Source: Mycolicibacterium smegmatis
GTDB lineage: Bacteria > Actinomycetota > Actinomycetes > Mycobacteriales > Mycobacteriaceae
DNA length: 32,000 bases
Direction of reading: 5' to 3'
NCBI RefSeq assembly: GCF_001457595.1
Contig: NZ_LN831039.1
Location: forward strand, 990,001-1,022,000
Part shown: one piece after another, positions 8,900-20,418 of the stretch
Position numbering within the stretch: the first letter of the stretch is position 1
Layout: each line of letters begins with the position of its first letter
Translations under genes and position numbers: made by a program
The notes under the pieces: model-generated
What the model saw: only the letters and a program-made list of their open reading frames with translations
Told to the model about the DNA's origin: nothing
Databases searched by the model: none

Positions 8900-9472
8900 G
8901 TGATGTCGATGCGTGCCGATGCGGCCCGCAACCGGGCCCGGGTGCTGGAAGTGGCCTATGAGGCGTTCGCCGAAGACGGGCTGGCGGTCCCGATCGACGA
9001 GATCGCCCGCCGGGCCGGCGTCGGTGCGGGCACGGTCTATCGGCACTTCCCGTCCAAAGAGGATCTGTACCGGGCCGTCGTCGTCGAGCGCATCCGCGAG
9101 GTGGTCGGTCAGGGGAGGGCCCTGCTCGCCGACGGCGATCCGGGGGAGGCGCTGTTCGACTACCTGCGGCTGATGGTGCTGCAGTGCGGTGCCGCCGACC
9201 GCGGGCTCGTCGAAGCGCTCGCCGGTGCCGGGATCGACGTCAAGACCATGGTTCCCGACGCCGAGGACGAATACATGGAGATGCTCGGCGGGCTGCTGCG
9301 GGCCGCGCAGCGGGCGGGCACGGTGCGTGGCGATGTCACCGCCACCGACGTCAAGGCGCTCCTCGTCGGCTGCCAGGCCATGCAGGCCTACGACGCCACC
9401 GCCGCGGAACATCTGACGGGTGTGGTGTTCGACGGCCTTCGCGTCGCGCCGGCTTCAGTACCGTCGCGGTGA
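8900..9472 (+). CDS. TetR-family transcriptional regulator
   Basis: HTH 'PIDEIARRAGVGAGTVYRHFPSKEDLYRAVV'; divergent from the SDR gene. Start may be 8900, 8903 or 8909. Confidence 0.9.
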   Translation: MMSMRADAARNRARVLEVAYEAFAEDGLAVPIDEIARRAGVGAGTVYRHFPSKEDLYRAVVVERIREVVGQGRALLADGDPGEALFDYLRLMVLQCGAADRGLVEALAGAGIDVKTMVPDAEDEYMEMLGGLLRAAQRAGTVRGDVTATDVKALLVGCQAMQAYDATAAEHLTGVVFDGLRVAPASVPSR

Positions 9473-9523
9473 AACGGCGCTGATGCCGAACCCGGCGGCG
9501 CGCGTCGGGGGCACCCCCACAAC

Positions 9524-9550
9524 CTTGCACTCACCATGCCCGAGTGCTAA
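9524..9550. promoter_or_regulatory. CIRCE (HrcA operator), distal copy
   Basis: CTTGCACTC-N9-GAGTGCTAA against the consensus TTAGCACTC-N9-GAGTGCTAA. Confidence 0.85.
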
Positions 9551-9558
9551 GAATGCAG

Positions 9559-9585
9559 TTGGCACTCTCGATTCGTGAGTGCTAG
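9559..9585. promoter_or_regulatory. CIRCE (HrcA operator), proximal copy
   Basis: TTGGCACTC-N9-GAGTGCTAG; starts 35 nt after the distal copy starts. Confidence 0.88.
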
Positions 9586-11325
<1,740 letters not shown>

Positions 11326-11342
11326 GTCCAGACTCAAGAGAG

Positions 11343-11376
11343 GCCCCGGCGCGCTTGGCGCGCCGGGGCTTTTCTT
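11343..11376 (+). terminator. Rho-independent terminator after groEL2
   Basis: Perfect 11-bp stem GCCCCGGCGCG/CGCGCCGGGGC, 5-nt loop, followed by TTTTCTT. Confidence 0.92.
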
Positions 11377-11385
11377 TATCCCCAG

Positions 11386-11439
11386 CGTGGGTTCTATGCA
11401 CAGGTCGAGCCCGAAAACCGTGCGCGAGGCCCACGTTCG
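11386..11439 (+). repeat. Stem-loop repeat copy A, 26 nt upstream of the DUF559-like gene
   Basis: About 70% identical over 53 nt (hand alignment) to 12307-12359, same strand; internal inverted arms CGTGGG...CCCACG. Confidence 0.75.
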
Positions 11440-11465
11440 TCGGTGGCTCTGGCGAGCGTGCGGGC

Positions 11466-12299
11466 ATGGAACCCTTCATCGGAAGCGCGGCAGTGCGCAG
11501 TGGTGCTCTCACCCGGCGGGGACTGCAGCGCCACTACACAGCGCTCTACCGCGACGTCTACATTCCCCGCGACCTGGAGGTGACAGCCCGCATCCGCGCC
11601 GAGGCGGCATGGTTGGCAACGCGAGCGCCCCTTGCCGGAACCTCGGCGGCCGCCGTGCTCGGCACGCGATGGCTGAGACCTGAGCTTCCTGCCCAGATCA
11701 TCCGGGCCGATCGGCATGCGCCGCCGGGCATCGTCGCGCACTCCTGGACACTCGCACCGGGCGAGACGTGCCTGGTCGCCGGGATGGATGCCACGACCCC
11801 GGCGCGCACCGCGTTCGACCTGGGCCGCCTCCATCGCGCCGGCGACGCGGTGCCGCTGGTGGATGCCCTGCTCAACGCGACCGGGATCAAGCCCGCCGAC
11901 GTGCTCGCGGTGGCTGACGCGCATCCGGGTGCCCGCGGCGTCGCGCGATTGCGCGCGCTGCTCCCGTTGGTGGACGGCGGCGCCGAATCTCCGCAGGAGA
12001 GCAGGTTGCGCCTGGTCCTGGTGCGTGGGGGACTGCCCGTGCCGCAGACCCAGATCGAGTTCCGCGACCTGCGCATCCGCGTCGACATGGGATGGCCCGT
12101 GTGGAAAGTGGCAGTCGAGTACGACGGCGTGCAGCACTGGTCAGACCGTCGGCAGCGGTCGTGGGACATCGATCGGATCGCCCTGCTGGAAGAGGCCGGG
12201 TGGGTGGTGGTGCGTGTCAGCGCCGAGATGCTGTCGCGGCCGCACGTCGTGGTCGAGCGCGTGCGAGCCAAGCTGCGCGCCGCGGGATGCCCGATCTGA
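11466..12299 (+). CDS. AbiEi-like N-terminal domain plus DUF559/Vsr-like nuclease-fold C-terminal domain
   Basis: N-term 'SGALTRRGLQRHYTALYRDVYIP'; C-term 'VAVEYDGVQHWSDRRQRSWDIDRIALLEEAGWVVVRVSAEML'. Tracked start 11355 lies in the terminator; ATG 11466 preferred. Confidence 0.75.
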   Translation: MEPFIGSAAVRSGALTRRGLQRHYTALYRDVYIPRDLEVTARIRAEAAWLATRAPLAGTSAAAVLGTRWLRPELPAQIIRADRHAPPGIVAHSWTLAPGETCLVAGMDATTPARTAFDLGRLHRAGDAVPLVDALLNATGIKPADVLAVADAHPGARGVARLRALLPLVDGGAESPQESRLRLVLVRGGLPVPQTQIEFRDLRIRVDMGWPVWKVAVEYDGVQHWSDRRQRSWDIDRIALLEEAGWVVVRVSAEMLSRPHVVVERVRAKLRAAGCPI

Positions 12300-12305
12300 G
12301 CCGAC

Positions 12306-12359
12306 CGTGGGCCTCGTGCACGGAACTGGGCCGAAAAGCGTGCACAGGCCCCACGTTCG
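12306..12359 (+). repeat. Stem-loop repeat copy B, 6 nt after the DUF559-like gene
   Basis: CGTGGGCCTcGTGCAC ... GTGCACAGGcCCCACG, about 15 bp with two single-base bulges; same element as copy A. Confidence 0.78.
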
Positions 12360-12362
12360 GCG

Positions 12363-12746
12363 CTAGTTCTCGCTCAACACCACACAGTCGTCGATGCTCG
12401 CGGCCGTCGGCCCGGACCCGGTGGACCGCTTGCGGTGCAGAACCGCGCGGGCAGGCACGATCTGCGGCGGGGCGTCGTCGGTGGCGCCGGCACGCGCCTG
12501 ACCGTCGACGATCAGCGAGAACCCACTGGGGCTGCGTGGCGGCCAGATCAGGGTGACGTTGTCGTGCACGGCGAGATTTCTGCGAGTGCGATCTCCGACC
12601 GACCCCACCTCGATGACGCCGTCCACCACCCGAGGATCACACGCCACGGTGTGCGCGTGGTAGTTGTCGTCGACCGTGACGAGGTAGGCGAACGTGTAGT
12701 CCGTCAGCTTGTCGGCCAGCTGCTTGAGATCCACTTTCACGCTCAT
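12363..12746 (-). CDS. FMN/F420-binding split-barrel (pyridoxamine 5'-phosphate oxidase-like) protein
   Basis: '[40 protein letters not shown]...LTLIWPP'-type sequence; start moved from 12833 to ATG 12746. Confidence 0.7.
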   Translation of the reverse strand: MSVKVDLKQLADKLTDYTFAYLVTVDDNYHAHTVACDPRVVDGVIEVGSVGDRTRRNLAVHDNVTLIWPPRSPSGFSLIVDGQARAGATDDAPPQIVPARAVLHRKRSTGSGPTAASIDDCVVLSEN

Positions 12747-12771
12747 GTGGCGAGGATAGTTTCCGTACCTG

Positions 12772-14514
12772 TCAGGCCGGTGCGGATTGGCGCCCACGGA
12801 CCAACCGGCCCGGACGGGCCGCGGTGGGCACACCGTTCTCGGCGATCACCTCGCCGGACACGACGGTGGCGACGTAGCCGTCGGCGCTCTGGTCCAGGCG
12901 CCGTCCCCCGGCGGGCAGGTCGTAGGTGACGACGGGTTTGTGCAGCAGCAGCGCATCATGGTCGATGACGTTGAGGTCGGCCTTGAACCCGACGGCGATG
13001 CGGCCACGGTCGGCCAGCCCCGCGACCTGTGCGGGCACCGAGGTCAGCTGCCGGATGGCCTGCGGCACCGACATCCGCCCCTCGGCCCGGTCACGCGCCC
13101 AGTACGCCAGCAGGTACGTGGGAAAGCTTGAGTCGCAAATCATTCCGTAGTGCGCACCGCCGTCACCGAGCCCGAGGACCACGTCCTCACGGGTCATCAG
13201 GTCGCCGACGGTGTCCAGCGAGTTGTCGTAGAAGTTGGCCAGCGCGCCGAGCAGGATCGCGTGCCCGTCGTCTTCGAGCAGCAGGTCGTACGCCTCCTCC
13301 AGGGGCGTGACGCCGTGCGCCCTGGCACGGGCCGCGATGCTCTGCGACCGGTCGGGCTCGTAGTTCGCGTCGGGGCCCAGCGGGAAGATCCAGTCCCATG
13401 CCTGCGCCAGGTACACCAGCGGGTTGGCCGGCGCCCCGCCCGGCTTGTCGGCCAGGATCCGTTCGCGCACTGCGGGTTTGCGCATCTGAGCGACGCGTTC
13501 GGGCAGCGGCAGCCCGGCGATCTCCTGGTAGCTGGGGTACAGCACGAACGGATTGGCCGACAGTTCCAGGCCGATCATCAGGCCGATCGGGCGAGGGAAC
13601 ACCTGCGCGGTGACCCGCGGCGCCGCCGAGGACGCCGACGTGTTGGCCTTCTCGACCATCTCCATGGCCTCCCGCCACAGCGGTTCCCCCGCGTTGAGCA
13701 CCAGCAGGCTGAACGTCACCGGCAACCCGGTCTCGCCGGCCGCGTCGAAAACCTGTTGCAGCACAGGCTGATACCCGCCGGCCGGAATGTCGGGCACGAA
13801 CTGGATCAACCCGCCGCCACCGTCGGCGATGCCGCGCGCGATCTCGCGGATCTCCTCATAGGCGGCCTCGAAGCTCGGGATCTGCCTGCCGCCCTCGGTG
13901 CGGTGGGTCGCCAACCGCGACGAGGCGAATCCCAGCGCCCCGGCCTCGATGGCCTCGCGGGCCAGCGCACGCATCCTGGCCAGGTCGTCGGCGGTGGCCG
14001 GTTCACGGTCGGCGCCGCGTTGGCCCATGACGTACACCCGCAGCGGCGAGTGCGGCAGGTACGCGGCCACATCGATGTCGAGACGACGAGCGGCCAGCGC
14101 GTCGAGGTACTCGGGAAAGGTCTCCCAGTGCCAGTTCAGCCCCTCGGTCATGACCACGCCGGGAATGTCCTCCACGCCGGCCATCACGTCGACCAGCACG
14201 TCGTGGTCCTCGGCGCGGCACGGCGCGAACCCCACCCCGCAGTTGCCCATCACCGCGGTGGTGACACCGTGCGACGACGACGGGTTGAGCCGGTCCGACC
14301 AGATCGCCTGCCCGTCGTAATGCGTGTGCAGATCCACGAAGCCGGGCGTCACCAGTAGGCCGGCCGCGTCGATCTCGCGGGCGCCGGTCCCGGCGACCTC
14401 ACCGACCGTCACGATGACGCCGTCACGCACCGCGACGTCGCCGACGACCGGTTCGCCGCCGAGGCCGTCGACGATGGTGCCGCCGCGGATCACGAGATCG
14501 AATGCATGGCTCAT
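12772..14514 (-). CDS. N-acyl-D-amino-acid deacylase-like amidohydrolase
   Basis: '[18 protein letters not shown]', '[15 protein letters not shown]', '[21 protein letters not shown]', '[16 protein letters not shown]'; start at MSHAFD, 14514. Confidence 0.88.
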   Translation of the reverse strand: MSHAFDLVIRGGTIVDGLGGEPVVGDVAVRDGVIVTVGEVAGTGAREIDAAGLLVTPGFVDLHTHYDGQAIWSDRLNPSSSHGVTTAVMGNCGVGFAPCRAEDHDVLVDVMAGVEDIPGVVMTEGLNWHWETFPEYLDALAARRLDIDVAAYLPHSPLRVYVMGQRGADREPATADDLARMRALAREAIEAGALGFASSRLATHRTEGGRQIPSFEAAYEEIREIARGIADGGGGLIQFVPDIPAGGYQPVLQQVFDAAGETGLPVTFSLLVLNAGEPLWREAMEMVEKANTSASSAAPRVTAQVFPRPIGLMIGLELSANPFVLYPSYQEIAGLPLPERVAQMRKPAVRERILADKPGGAPANPLVYLAQAWDWIFPLGPDANYEPDRSQSIAARARAHGVTPLEEAYDLLLEDDGHAILLGALANFYDNSLDTVGDLMTREDVVLGLGDGGAHYGMICDSSFPTYLLAYWARDRAEGRMSVPQAIRQLTSVPAQVAGLADRGRIAVGFKADLNVIDHDALLLHKPVVTYDLPAGGRRLDQSADGYVATVVSGEVIAENGVPTAARPGRLVRGRQSAPA

Positions 14515-14595
14515 CTGTCCAACGTACGACGCGGCGTGCCGCACATGCCCGGGAATCGGCCATCAGTGTCGCTGCGGCGTGGCAGGATTCGAGCC

Positions 14596-14976
14596 GTGAT
14601 CGATCACTTCGGCATCAACTGCGTCGACTTCGAGAAGTCGAAAACGTTCTACGACAAGGTGCTGGGGGTTCTGGGCTACACCCGTCAGATGGATTTCGAC
14701 GTGGCCATCGGATACGGCGCCGACGGTCACCCCGACTTCTGGATCGCCGACGCCGGCGCGGGCAACGTGGCCGGGCCCAACCGCGAGGTGCACATCGCGT
14801 TCAAGGCCTCCGGTGTCGATGCGGTCCAGGCGTTCTACGACGCCGCGCTGGAGCTGGGCGCCGAGTCGCTGCACGCGCCGCGACGGTGGCCCGAGTACCA
14901 CCCGGGCTACTTCGGTGCGTTCGTGCGCGACCCCGACGGCAACAACGTCGAGGCGGTGTTCCACGGCGCGCAGTGA
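14596..14976 (+). CDS. VOC/glyoxalase-family protein
   Basis: 'IDHFGINCVDFEKSKTFYDKVLGVLGY ... YFGAFVRDPDGNNVEAVFHG'. Confidence 0.85.
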   Translation: MIDHFGINCVDFEKSKTFYDKVLGVLGYTRQMDFDVAIGYGADGHPDFWIADAGAGNVAGPNREVHIAFKASGVDAVQAFYDAALELGAESLHAPRRWPEYHPGYFGAFVRDPDGNNVEAVFHGAQ

Positions 14977-14979
14977 CGC

Positions 14980-15483
14980 CTACAGGGGTTCCAGCGCCTC
15001 GATGGTCCACGCGCCGCCGGATTTCCGCAGCCCGACCCGCATGGCGTATCCGGACTGCGATCTGGTCTGGTTGCCCGTGGACGCCACGGTCTGATCGACG
15101 AAGGCCAGCACCGCGGCCGTGTCGTCGGTGAGGCTCTCCACCGCCGTCTGGCGGATGGTGGACGTCTGGGTGACGCCGTTGGTGCGTGCGACCGACAGCT
15201 TGGTGCGCATGTCGTCGCGATAGGTGTCGGCGGCCTTGCCGGACAACACCGATGCCAGGTCGGCGATATCGGTGTCGTCGGTCCTGGGGGTGTAGCTGAG
15301 CAGCTTTTCCAGATTGTCCGAGACGAACCGCGTGACCTCGTCGCGGGCCGCGGCCTGATCGGCCACCAGCACTGGTGCCGGACGGTTCTTCTCCGACATC
15401 TGCCACAGGCCCAGACCGAGCGCAGCCACCGAGCCCACGGCGAGGACCGTCACCATCACCCACCATCCGGTGCCGCGCCGCAT
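14980..15483 (-). CDS. Mce-associated-like (NTF2-like fold) membrane-anchored protein
   Basis: N-terminal TM helix 'WWVMVTVLAVGSVAALGLGLWQM' followed by an extracytoplasmic domain; start overlaps the kinase stop. Confidence 0.6.
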   Translation of the reverse strand: MRRGTGWWVMVTVLAVGSVAALGLGLWQMSEKNRPAPVLVADQAAARDEVTRFVSDNLEKLLSYTPRTDDTDIADLASVLSGKAADTYRDDMRTKLSVARTNGVTQTSTIRQTAVESLTDDTAAVLAFVDQTVASTGNQTRSQSGYAMRVGLRKSGGAWTIEALEPL

Positions 15484-16976
15484 CAGTCCACGAACTCCAC
15501 GCCGGAGACCTTGTAGGCGCCGCCGGTGTCGACGACGGTCACCGTGAGTCGTTGCAGCGCGTCCTCGCGGGGCGCGTGGGTGTTGTTGGTGGTCTTGGTG
15601 GTCAGGCTGACCAGAACCTCCGCCTCACCGGCGTCAGGGTCGAACGACGCGATACCGGCACCGGTCACCTCTGCCTCGGTGTGCTTGCCTTCGTCGGCGG
15701 TGTCCTTCTTCATCTTCGCCGCGCCACGCTGAAGGCCGTCGCGGAACTCGCCGGTCGCGCCGTCGAGGACGCGGTCCACATCGGCGTCGACGGTGTCGGC
15801 GTTCACCATGACCAGAGCGAGCGCAAATGCCTTCCCGGTGTCGACGTAGGGCTGCCACTGCGGGGTGTCGGCGGCCGCAGGCGTGCTGCGTGCGAACTGG
15901 GTGACCGCGAACACCGCGGACGCGAGGAACAGCACCGCCGCCACGACGGGGACGAGAATGGTTGCGACGCCGCGTTTCTGGCGTGGACGTGGCTGAAAGA
16001 CCTGGGGCTGCGGCGGTGCCTGGCGTTGCACCGGGGCGGCGAACTGCGCGGGGGCAGGCGCCGGCTGAGCCGGGGGCGCCACGGGTGGTCGAGGCCGCTC
16101 GGGTGGCCGGGGCGGGGGAGGGGCCTGCGGTGCCGGTGGGCGGTCCGCGTCGGTGAGGGCTGCGGCGAACTCGCCGCACGTCGAGAAGCGCGCGGCGGGG
16201 TCCTTGGCCAGGCCCCTGACCATGACGTCGTCGAGCCGCGCCAGATCGGGACGTGAATTTCCAAGGCGCGGGGGCGGTTCGGACAGGTGCTTGCTGATGA
16301 CGACGGCGGCGTTGGAGTGGTGGAACGGCGAGCGTCCCGCCAGCAGGTGAAAAGCGGTGGCCGCCAAGGCGTATTGATCGGCGCGGCCGTCGAGATCCTG
16401 TCCCAGCAGCTGCTCGGGCGCCGAGTACGCCATGGAGCCGACCGCCATGTTGGTCGCCGTCAGGCCGCTGATGTCGTCGACGCGACGCGCAACTCCGAAG
16501 TCGGCCAGCAGGATCCGCCGACGGGCCGCGGAAGGATCGGTCAGCAGGATGTTGGCGGGTTTGACGTCACGGTGCAGCAGGCCGCGGGCGTGGGCGTAGT
16601 CGAGGGCCTCGGCGATCGCGGTGACGATCTCGATCGCGGTGTCGGGCGGCAGCCCCGCGGGGTGCAGCTCGCGCACCAGCCGTGCGGCGTCGGTGCCGTC
16701 GACGTAGTCCATCGCGATCCACAACTGGCCGTCGGCCTCACCGCGATCGTGCAGGCCGACGATGTGCGGATGCCACAGCCCGGCCGCGATGTCGGCCTCG
16801 CGGTTGAACCGCTGCCGGTACTGCGTGTCGCCGGTCAACGATGTGGGCAGGATCTTCAGCGCGTCCTGCCGCGGCAGGCGGGGGTGCCGGGCCAGATAGA
16901 CCTCGCCCATTCCGCCGGTGCCGAGCAGACGCGCAATCGTGTACCCGGCGAACACGTCACCGGTGTTCAACGGCAT
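15483..16976 (-). CDS. Serine/threonine protein kinase (Pkn family)
   Basis: '[27 protein letters not shown]', '[11 protein letters not shown]', 'ADFGVARR', '[11 protein letters not shown]', Pro-rich linker, single TM, extracytoplasmic domain. ATG 16976 chosen instead of tracked 17546. Confidence 0.95.
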   Translation of the reverse strand: MPLNTGDVFAGYTIARLLGTGGMGEVYLARHPRLPRQDALKILPTSLTGDTQYRQRFNREADIAAGLWHPHIVGLHDRGEADGQLWIAMDYVDGTDAARLVRELHPAGLPPDTAIEIVTAIAEALDYAHARGLLHRDVKPANILLTDPSAARRRILLADFGVARRVDDISGLTATNMAVGSMAYSAPEQLLGQDLDGRADQYALAATAFHLLAGRSPFHHSNAAVVISKHLSEPPPRLGNSRPDLARLDDVMVRGLAKDPAARFSTCGEFAAALTDADRPPAPQAPPPPRPPERPRPPVAPPAQPAPAPAQFAAPVQRQAPPQPQVFQPRPRQKRGVATILVPVVAAVLFLASAVFAVTQFARSTPAAADTPQWQPYVDTGKAFALALVMVNADTVDADVDRVLDGATGEFRDGLQRGAAKMKKDTADEGKHTEAEVTGAGIASFDPDAGEAEVLVSLTTKTTNNTHAPREDALQRLTVTVVDTGGAYKVSGVEFVD

Positions 16977-17030
16977 GGGCGTGATAGTAACCGCGCGCCG
17001 CGGACCTTCGCCGCGAGTAGCGTCGGCATC

Positions 17031-17588
17031 ATGACCGCCCGTGAACCCACAACCAAGACCAGCACCGGCTCCGTCAACGAATCCGCGGCAGTGCGAGAGC
17101 TGCTGCGCGACGCGTTCACCCGCTTGATCGAGCACGTCGACGATCTCACCGACGGGCTGACCGAGGAAGTGTCGTCCTACCGGCCGACGCCCGAGGCCAA
17201 CAGCATCGCGTGGTTGCTGTGGCACAGCGCCCGCTGCCAGGACATGCAGTTGTGCGACATCGCAGGCGTCGAACAGGTCTGGACACGGGACGGCTGGATC
17301 GACCGGTTCGATCTGGGCCTGCCGCCCGACGACATCGGCTACGGGCACAGCCCGGAGGAGGTCGCGAAGGTGCAGGCGCCGGCCGAACTGCTGGCCGGCT
17401 ACTACCACGCCGTGCACAAGGTGACGCTGGAGTACATCGCCACCGTCACGCCCGGCGAGATGGACCGGGTGGTCGACACGAACTGGAATCCGCCGGTCAC
17501 CGCGAGCGCGCGGTTGATCAGCATCATCGACGACTGTGCACAGCACCTGGGTCAGGCCGCCTACCTGCGCGGCATCATCCCGCGGTGA
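17031..17588 (+). CDS. DinB/DUF664-family protein
   Basis: '[18 protein letters not shown] ... [19 protein letters not shown]'; ATG 17031. Confidence 0.82.
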   Translation: MTAREPTTKTSTGSVNESAAVRELLRDAFTRLIEHVDDLTDGLTEEVSSYRPTPEANSIAWLLWHSARCQDMQLCDIAGVEQVWTRDGWIDRFDLGLPPDDIGYGHSPEEVAKVQAPAELLAGYYHAVHKVTLEYIATVTPGEMDRVVDTNWNPPVTASARLISIIDDCAQHLGQAAYLRGIIPR

Positions 17589-18148
17589 CCCGGTGGTGGC
17601 CGCCCGTCGGGCTGGCCGCCATGGTGTTGCTCGGTGGGGCGGTCCGGCACGGGACCACCCCGATCGACGCCTGGTTCGGCCACCTCGGGCGTGAGCTGGG
17701 ACGACCGCTGCGCCGGGCGTTCCTGTATTTCACCGAACCGTGGCTGGTGGCGGGTGTGCTGCTGGCCGTGATCGCGATGGCGCTGTACCGCGGGCAGCGG
17801 TGGTTCGCGCTTGCCGCGGTGATCAGTCCACCGGTGGCCGTGCTGCTCGCGCAGGCGTTCAAGCGCATCTTCGGCCGGTACCGGGGTGATGCGCTGGCGT
17901 ACCCGAGCGGGCACACCGCGTTCCTGGTCGCCACGCTGTGCTTGCTGGTGGTCGCGGCCGGGTTCGCGTTGTGGGCGGTGGCCGCCGCGGCGCTTCTCGG
18001 GCTGCTCGGCATGTTCGGGCAGGCCATCACGCATCACTACTTCACCGACACCGTGGGCGCGGCGTTGCTGGCCACCTCGGTGGTCGGCGTAGCCGTCATC
18101 GTTCTTGACAGGTGTCAACCCCGGTGCGACGTGGGTCACAAACCCTGA
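17585..18148 (+). CDS. PAP2-superfamily membrane phosphatase-like protein
   Basis: '[30 protein letters not shown] ... [16 protein letters not shown]', several TM segments; GTGA overlap with the upstream gene. Confidence 0.8.
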   Translation: MTRWWPPVGLAAMVLLGGAVRHGTTPIDAWFGHLGRELGRPLRRAFLYFTEPWLVAGVLLAVIAMALYRGQRWFALAAVISPPVAVLLAQAFKRIFGRYRGDALAYPSGHTAFLVATLCLLVVAAGFALWAVAAAALLGLLGMFGQAITHHYFTDTVGAALLATSVVGVAVIVLDRCQPRCDVGHKP

Positions 18149-18162
18149 TTAACATAGGGCCC

Positions 18163-19692
18163 ATGACAGCGACGCCTGAAGTTGATCTGCCGAACCCGTA
18201 CACGGGTACCGGCACCATTCACAACCCCGCGACCGGCGCCGTCGCCGGCGAGGTGCGTTGGACCGATCCCGCCGATGTGCCGCGCATCGCCGCTGGTCTG
18301 CGCGAAGCGCAGAAGGAATGGGAGGCCCGCGGACCGAAAGGCCGCGCCAAAGTGCTGGCCCGGTACGCCGTGTGGCTGGGCGACCACCGCGACGAGATCG
18401 AGAAGCTGCTGATCGCCGAGACCGGCAAATCGGCGGTGGACGCGGCACAGGAGGTGCCGCTGATCCTGATGATCCTGTCGTACTACATCAAGACCGTCGA
18501 GAGGGCGATGGCGCCGGAGAAGCGCCCCGCGCCGCTGCCGTTCCTGTCGATCAAGAAGATCGAGGTGCACTACCGGCCGCGCGCCGTCGTCGGCATCATC
18601 GCGCCGTGGAACTACCCCGTCGCCAACGCCATGATGGACGCGATCGGCGCCCTGGCCGCGGGCTGCTCGGTGCTGCTCAAGCCGTCCGAGCGCACGCCGC
18701 TGACCGCTGAGGTGCTGCTGCGCGGATGGCTGGACTCGGGCGCGCCCGAGGTGTTCGCGCTCGCGCAGGGCGCCCGCGCGGTGTCCGAGGCCGTGATCGA
18801 CAACTCCGACTACATCCAGTTCACCGGGTCCAGCGCCACCGGTGCCAAGGTGATGGAACGCGCCGCGCGCCGGCTCACGCCGGTGAGCCTCGAGCTCGGC
18901 GGCAAGGACCCGATGATCGTGCTCGAGGACGCCGACATCGAACTGGCCGCCAACGCCGCGGTGTGGGGCGCGATGTTCAACGCCGGCCAGACGTGTGTGT
19001 CCGTCGAGCGGGTCTACGTGCTCGAGTCGGTCTACGACCAGTTCGTCGCCGCGACCGTGCGGGCCGTGGAGAACCTCAAGATGGGCGCCGGCGAGGGCTA
19101 CGACTTCGGCTCGCTGATCGACACAGGCCAGGTCGACATCACCGAACGCCACGTCAACGAGGCGCTTGAGAAGGGGGCCAAGGCGCTCACGGGCGGCAAG
19201 CGTCCCGAGGGCGGCGGCAGCTTCTACCCGCCGACCGTGCTCGTCGACGTCGACCACTCGATGTCGTGCATGAACGAGGAGACGTTCGGTCCGACGCTGC
19301 CGATCATGAAGGTGTCCTCGGTCGAGGAGGCCGTCCGCCTGGCCAACGACAGCCCCTACGGCCTGAGCGCGTCGGTGTTCTCCAAGGACACCGAGCGTGC
19401 GAAGAAGATTGCGCTGCAGCTTGATTGCGGTGCGGTGAACATCAACGACGTCATCTCGAACCTGATGTGCACCACCGCGCCCATGGGCGGCTGGAAGACC
19501 TCGGGCATCGGCGCGCGGTTCGGTGGCGTCGACGGCGTGCGCAAGTTCTGCAAGCAGGAGACCGTGGTAGCACCGCGCACCAGCGTCGGTGCGGGCGGCA
19601 CCTACTACAACAACTCGCACAAGGCGCTGGCCCGGATGAACCGGCTGATGACCAAGCTGGCCCTGGCCCGGCCGCGCCGCACTGCGAAGTAG
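18163..19692 (+). CDS. NAD(P)-dependent aldehyde dehydrogenase, succinate-semialdehyde dehydrogenase-like
   Basis: 'GIIAPWNYPVANAMMDAIGALAAGCSVLLKPSE', 'LELGGKDPMIVLED', catalytic Cys in 'MFNAGQTCVSVERVYV'. Confidence 0.93.
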   Translation: MTATPEVDLPNPYTGTGTIHNPATGAVAGEVRWTDPADVPRIAAGLREAQKEWEARGPKGRAKVLARYAVWLGDHRDEIEKLLIAETGKSAVDAAQEVPLILMILSYYIKTVERAMAPEKRPAPLPFLSIKKIEVHYRPRAVVGIIAPWNYPVANAMMDAIGALAAGCSVLLKPSERTPLTAEVLLRGWLDSGAPEVFALAQGARAVSEAVIDNSDYIQFTGSSATGAKVMERAARRLTPVSLELGGKDPMIVLEDADIELAANAAVWGAMFNAGQTCVSVERVYVLESVYDQFVAATVRAVENLKMGAGEGYDFGSLIDTGQVDITERHVNEALEKGAKALTGGKRPEGGGSFYPPTVLVDVDHSMSCMNEETFGPTLPIMKVSSVEEAVRLANDSPYGLSASVFSKDTERAKKIALQLDCGAVNINDVISNLMCTTAPMGGWKTSGIGARFGGVDGVRKFCKQETVVAPRTSVGAGGTYYNNSHKALARMNRLMTKLALARPRRTAK

Positions 19693-19701
19693 GTCTCACT
19701 T

Positions 19702-19740
19702 GCGCCGATCGGCGTGTCATTCCGGCACGCTGATCGGCGC
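19702..19740 (+). terminator. Strong hairpin without U-tract between two co-directional genes
   Basis: GCGCCGATCGGCGTG / CACGCTGATCGGCGC, 15 paired positions including one G-U, 9-nt loop, directly after the ALDH stop. Confidence 0.7.
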
Positions 19741-19760
19741 GTCGCGTCTAGCGTGTACGC

Positions 19761-20360
19761 GTGACGTACAGGCTGCCCGACACCAAAACCGTGCGGGACG
19801 CTGCGGCGCACGTGCGTGCGCTGGTGCACCCGCAGATCTACAACCACAGCATCCGGACCTACCTGCTGGGCGCCGAGGCGGCGCGGCGGGACGGGGAGAC
19901 CGATCTGGACGACGAAATCTTCTGCGTCGCCGCGCTTTTCCACGATTCCGGCACCGCTGACGAATACAACGGGCCTGCCCGCTTCGAGATCGAGGGCGCC
20001 GACGCCGCAGCGGAGTTCCTCTCCGACCGCGGTTTCGACGCCGACGCGGTCGACGCGGTCTGGCCGGCCATCGCCCTGCACACCACGCCGGGCATCCCCG
20101 AGCGGCGCGGGGCCATCCCGCACTACCTGCGCACCGGGGTGATGATCGAGTTCGGGCCGCCCGAGCTCCGGAAGTCCTACGCGGAGGCCGTTGCCGCCGC
20201 GGAGGCAGAGCTTCCGCGGCACCGGCTTGAGCAGACCCTGGAATCCCTCGTCGTACAACAGGCGCTCGCCAATCCGCACAAGGCGCCCAGGCTGTCCTGG
20301 GCGGCCGAACTCGTAGCGCACCACGATCCCGCGCGCGACGGCATCAGCCCAGGATTCTGA
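19761..20360 (+). CDS. HD-domain metal-dependent phosphohydrolase-like protein
   Basis: 'IYNHSIRTYLLGAEAARR', 'VAALFHDSGT'. Confidence 0.8.
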   Translation: MTYRLPDTKTVRDAAAHVRALVHPQIYNHSIRTYLLGAEAARRDGETDLDDEIFCVAALFHDSGTADEYNGPARFEIEGADAAAEFLSDRGFDADAVDAVWPAIALHTTPGIPERRGAIPHYLRTGVMIEFGPPELRKSYAEAVAAAEAELPRHRLEQTLESLVVQQALANPHKAPRLSWAAELVAHHDPARDGISPGF

Positions 20361-20418
20361 CGCCGTCCGTTCACGTCGTCGTCACCCTCGCGTTCGCCGG
20401 CCTCGTTATTTTCGGCCG

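Noticed and set aside
16977-17546. N-terminal extension of the kinase ORF
   Set aside because: It runs antisense through the DinB gene and has no domain; ATG 16976 sits just before the kinase N-lobe.
18136-19620. 494 aa minus-strand ORF
   Set aside because: Antisense to a clear aldehyde dehydrogenase with intact catalytic motifs.
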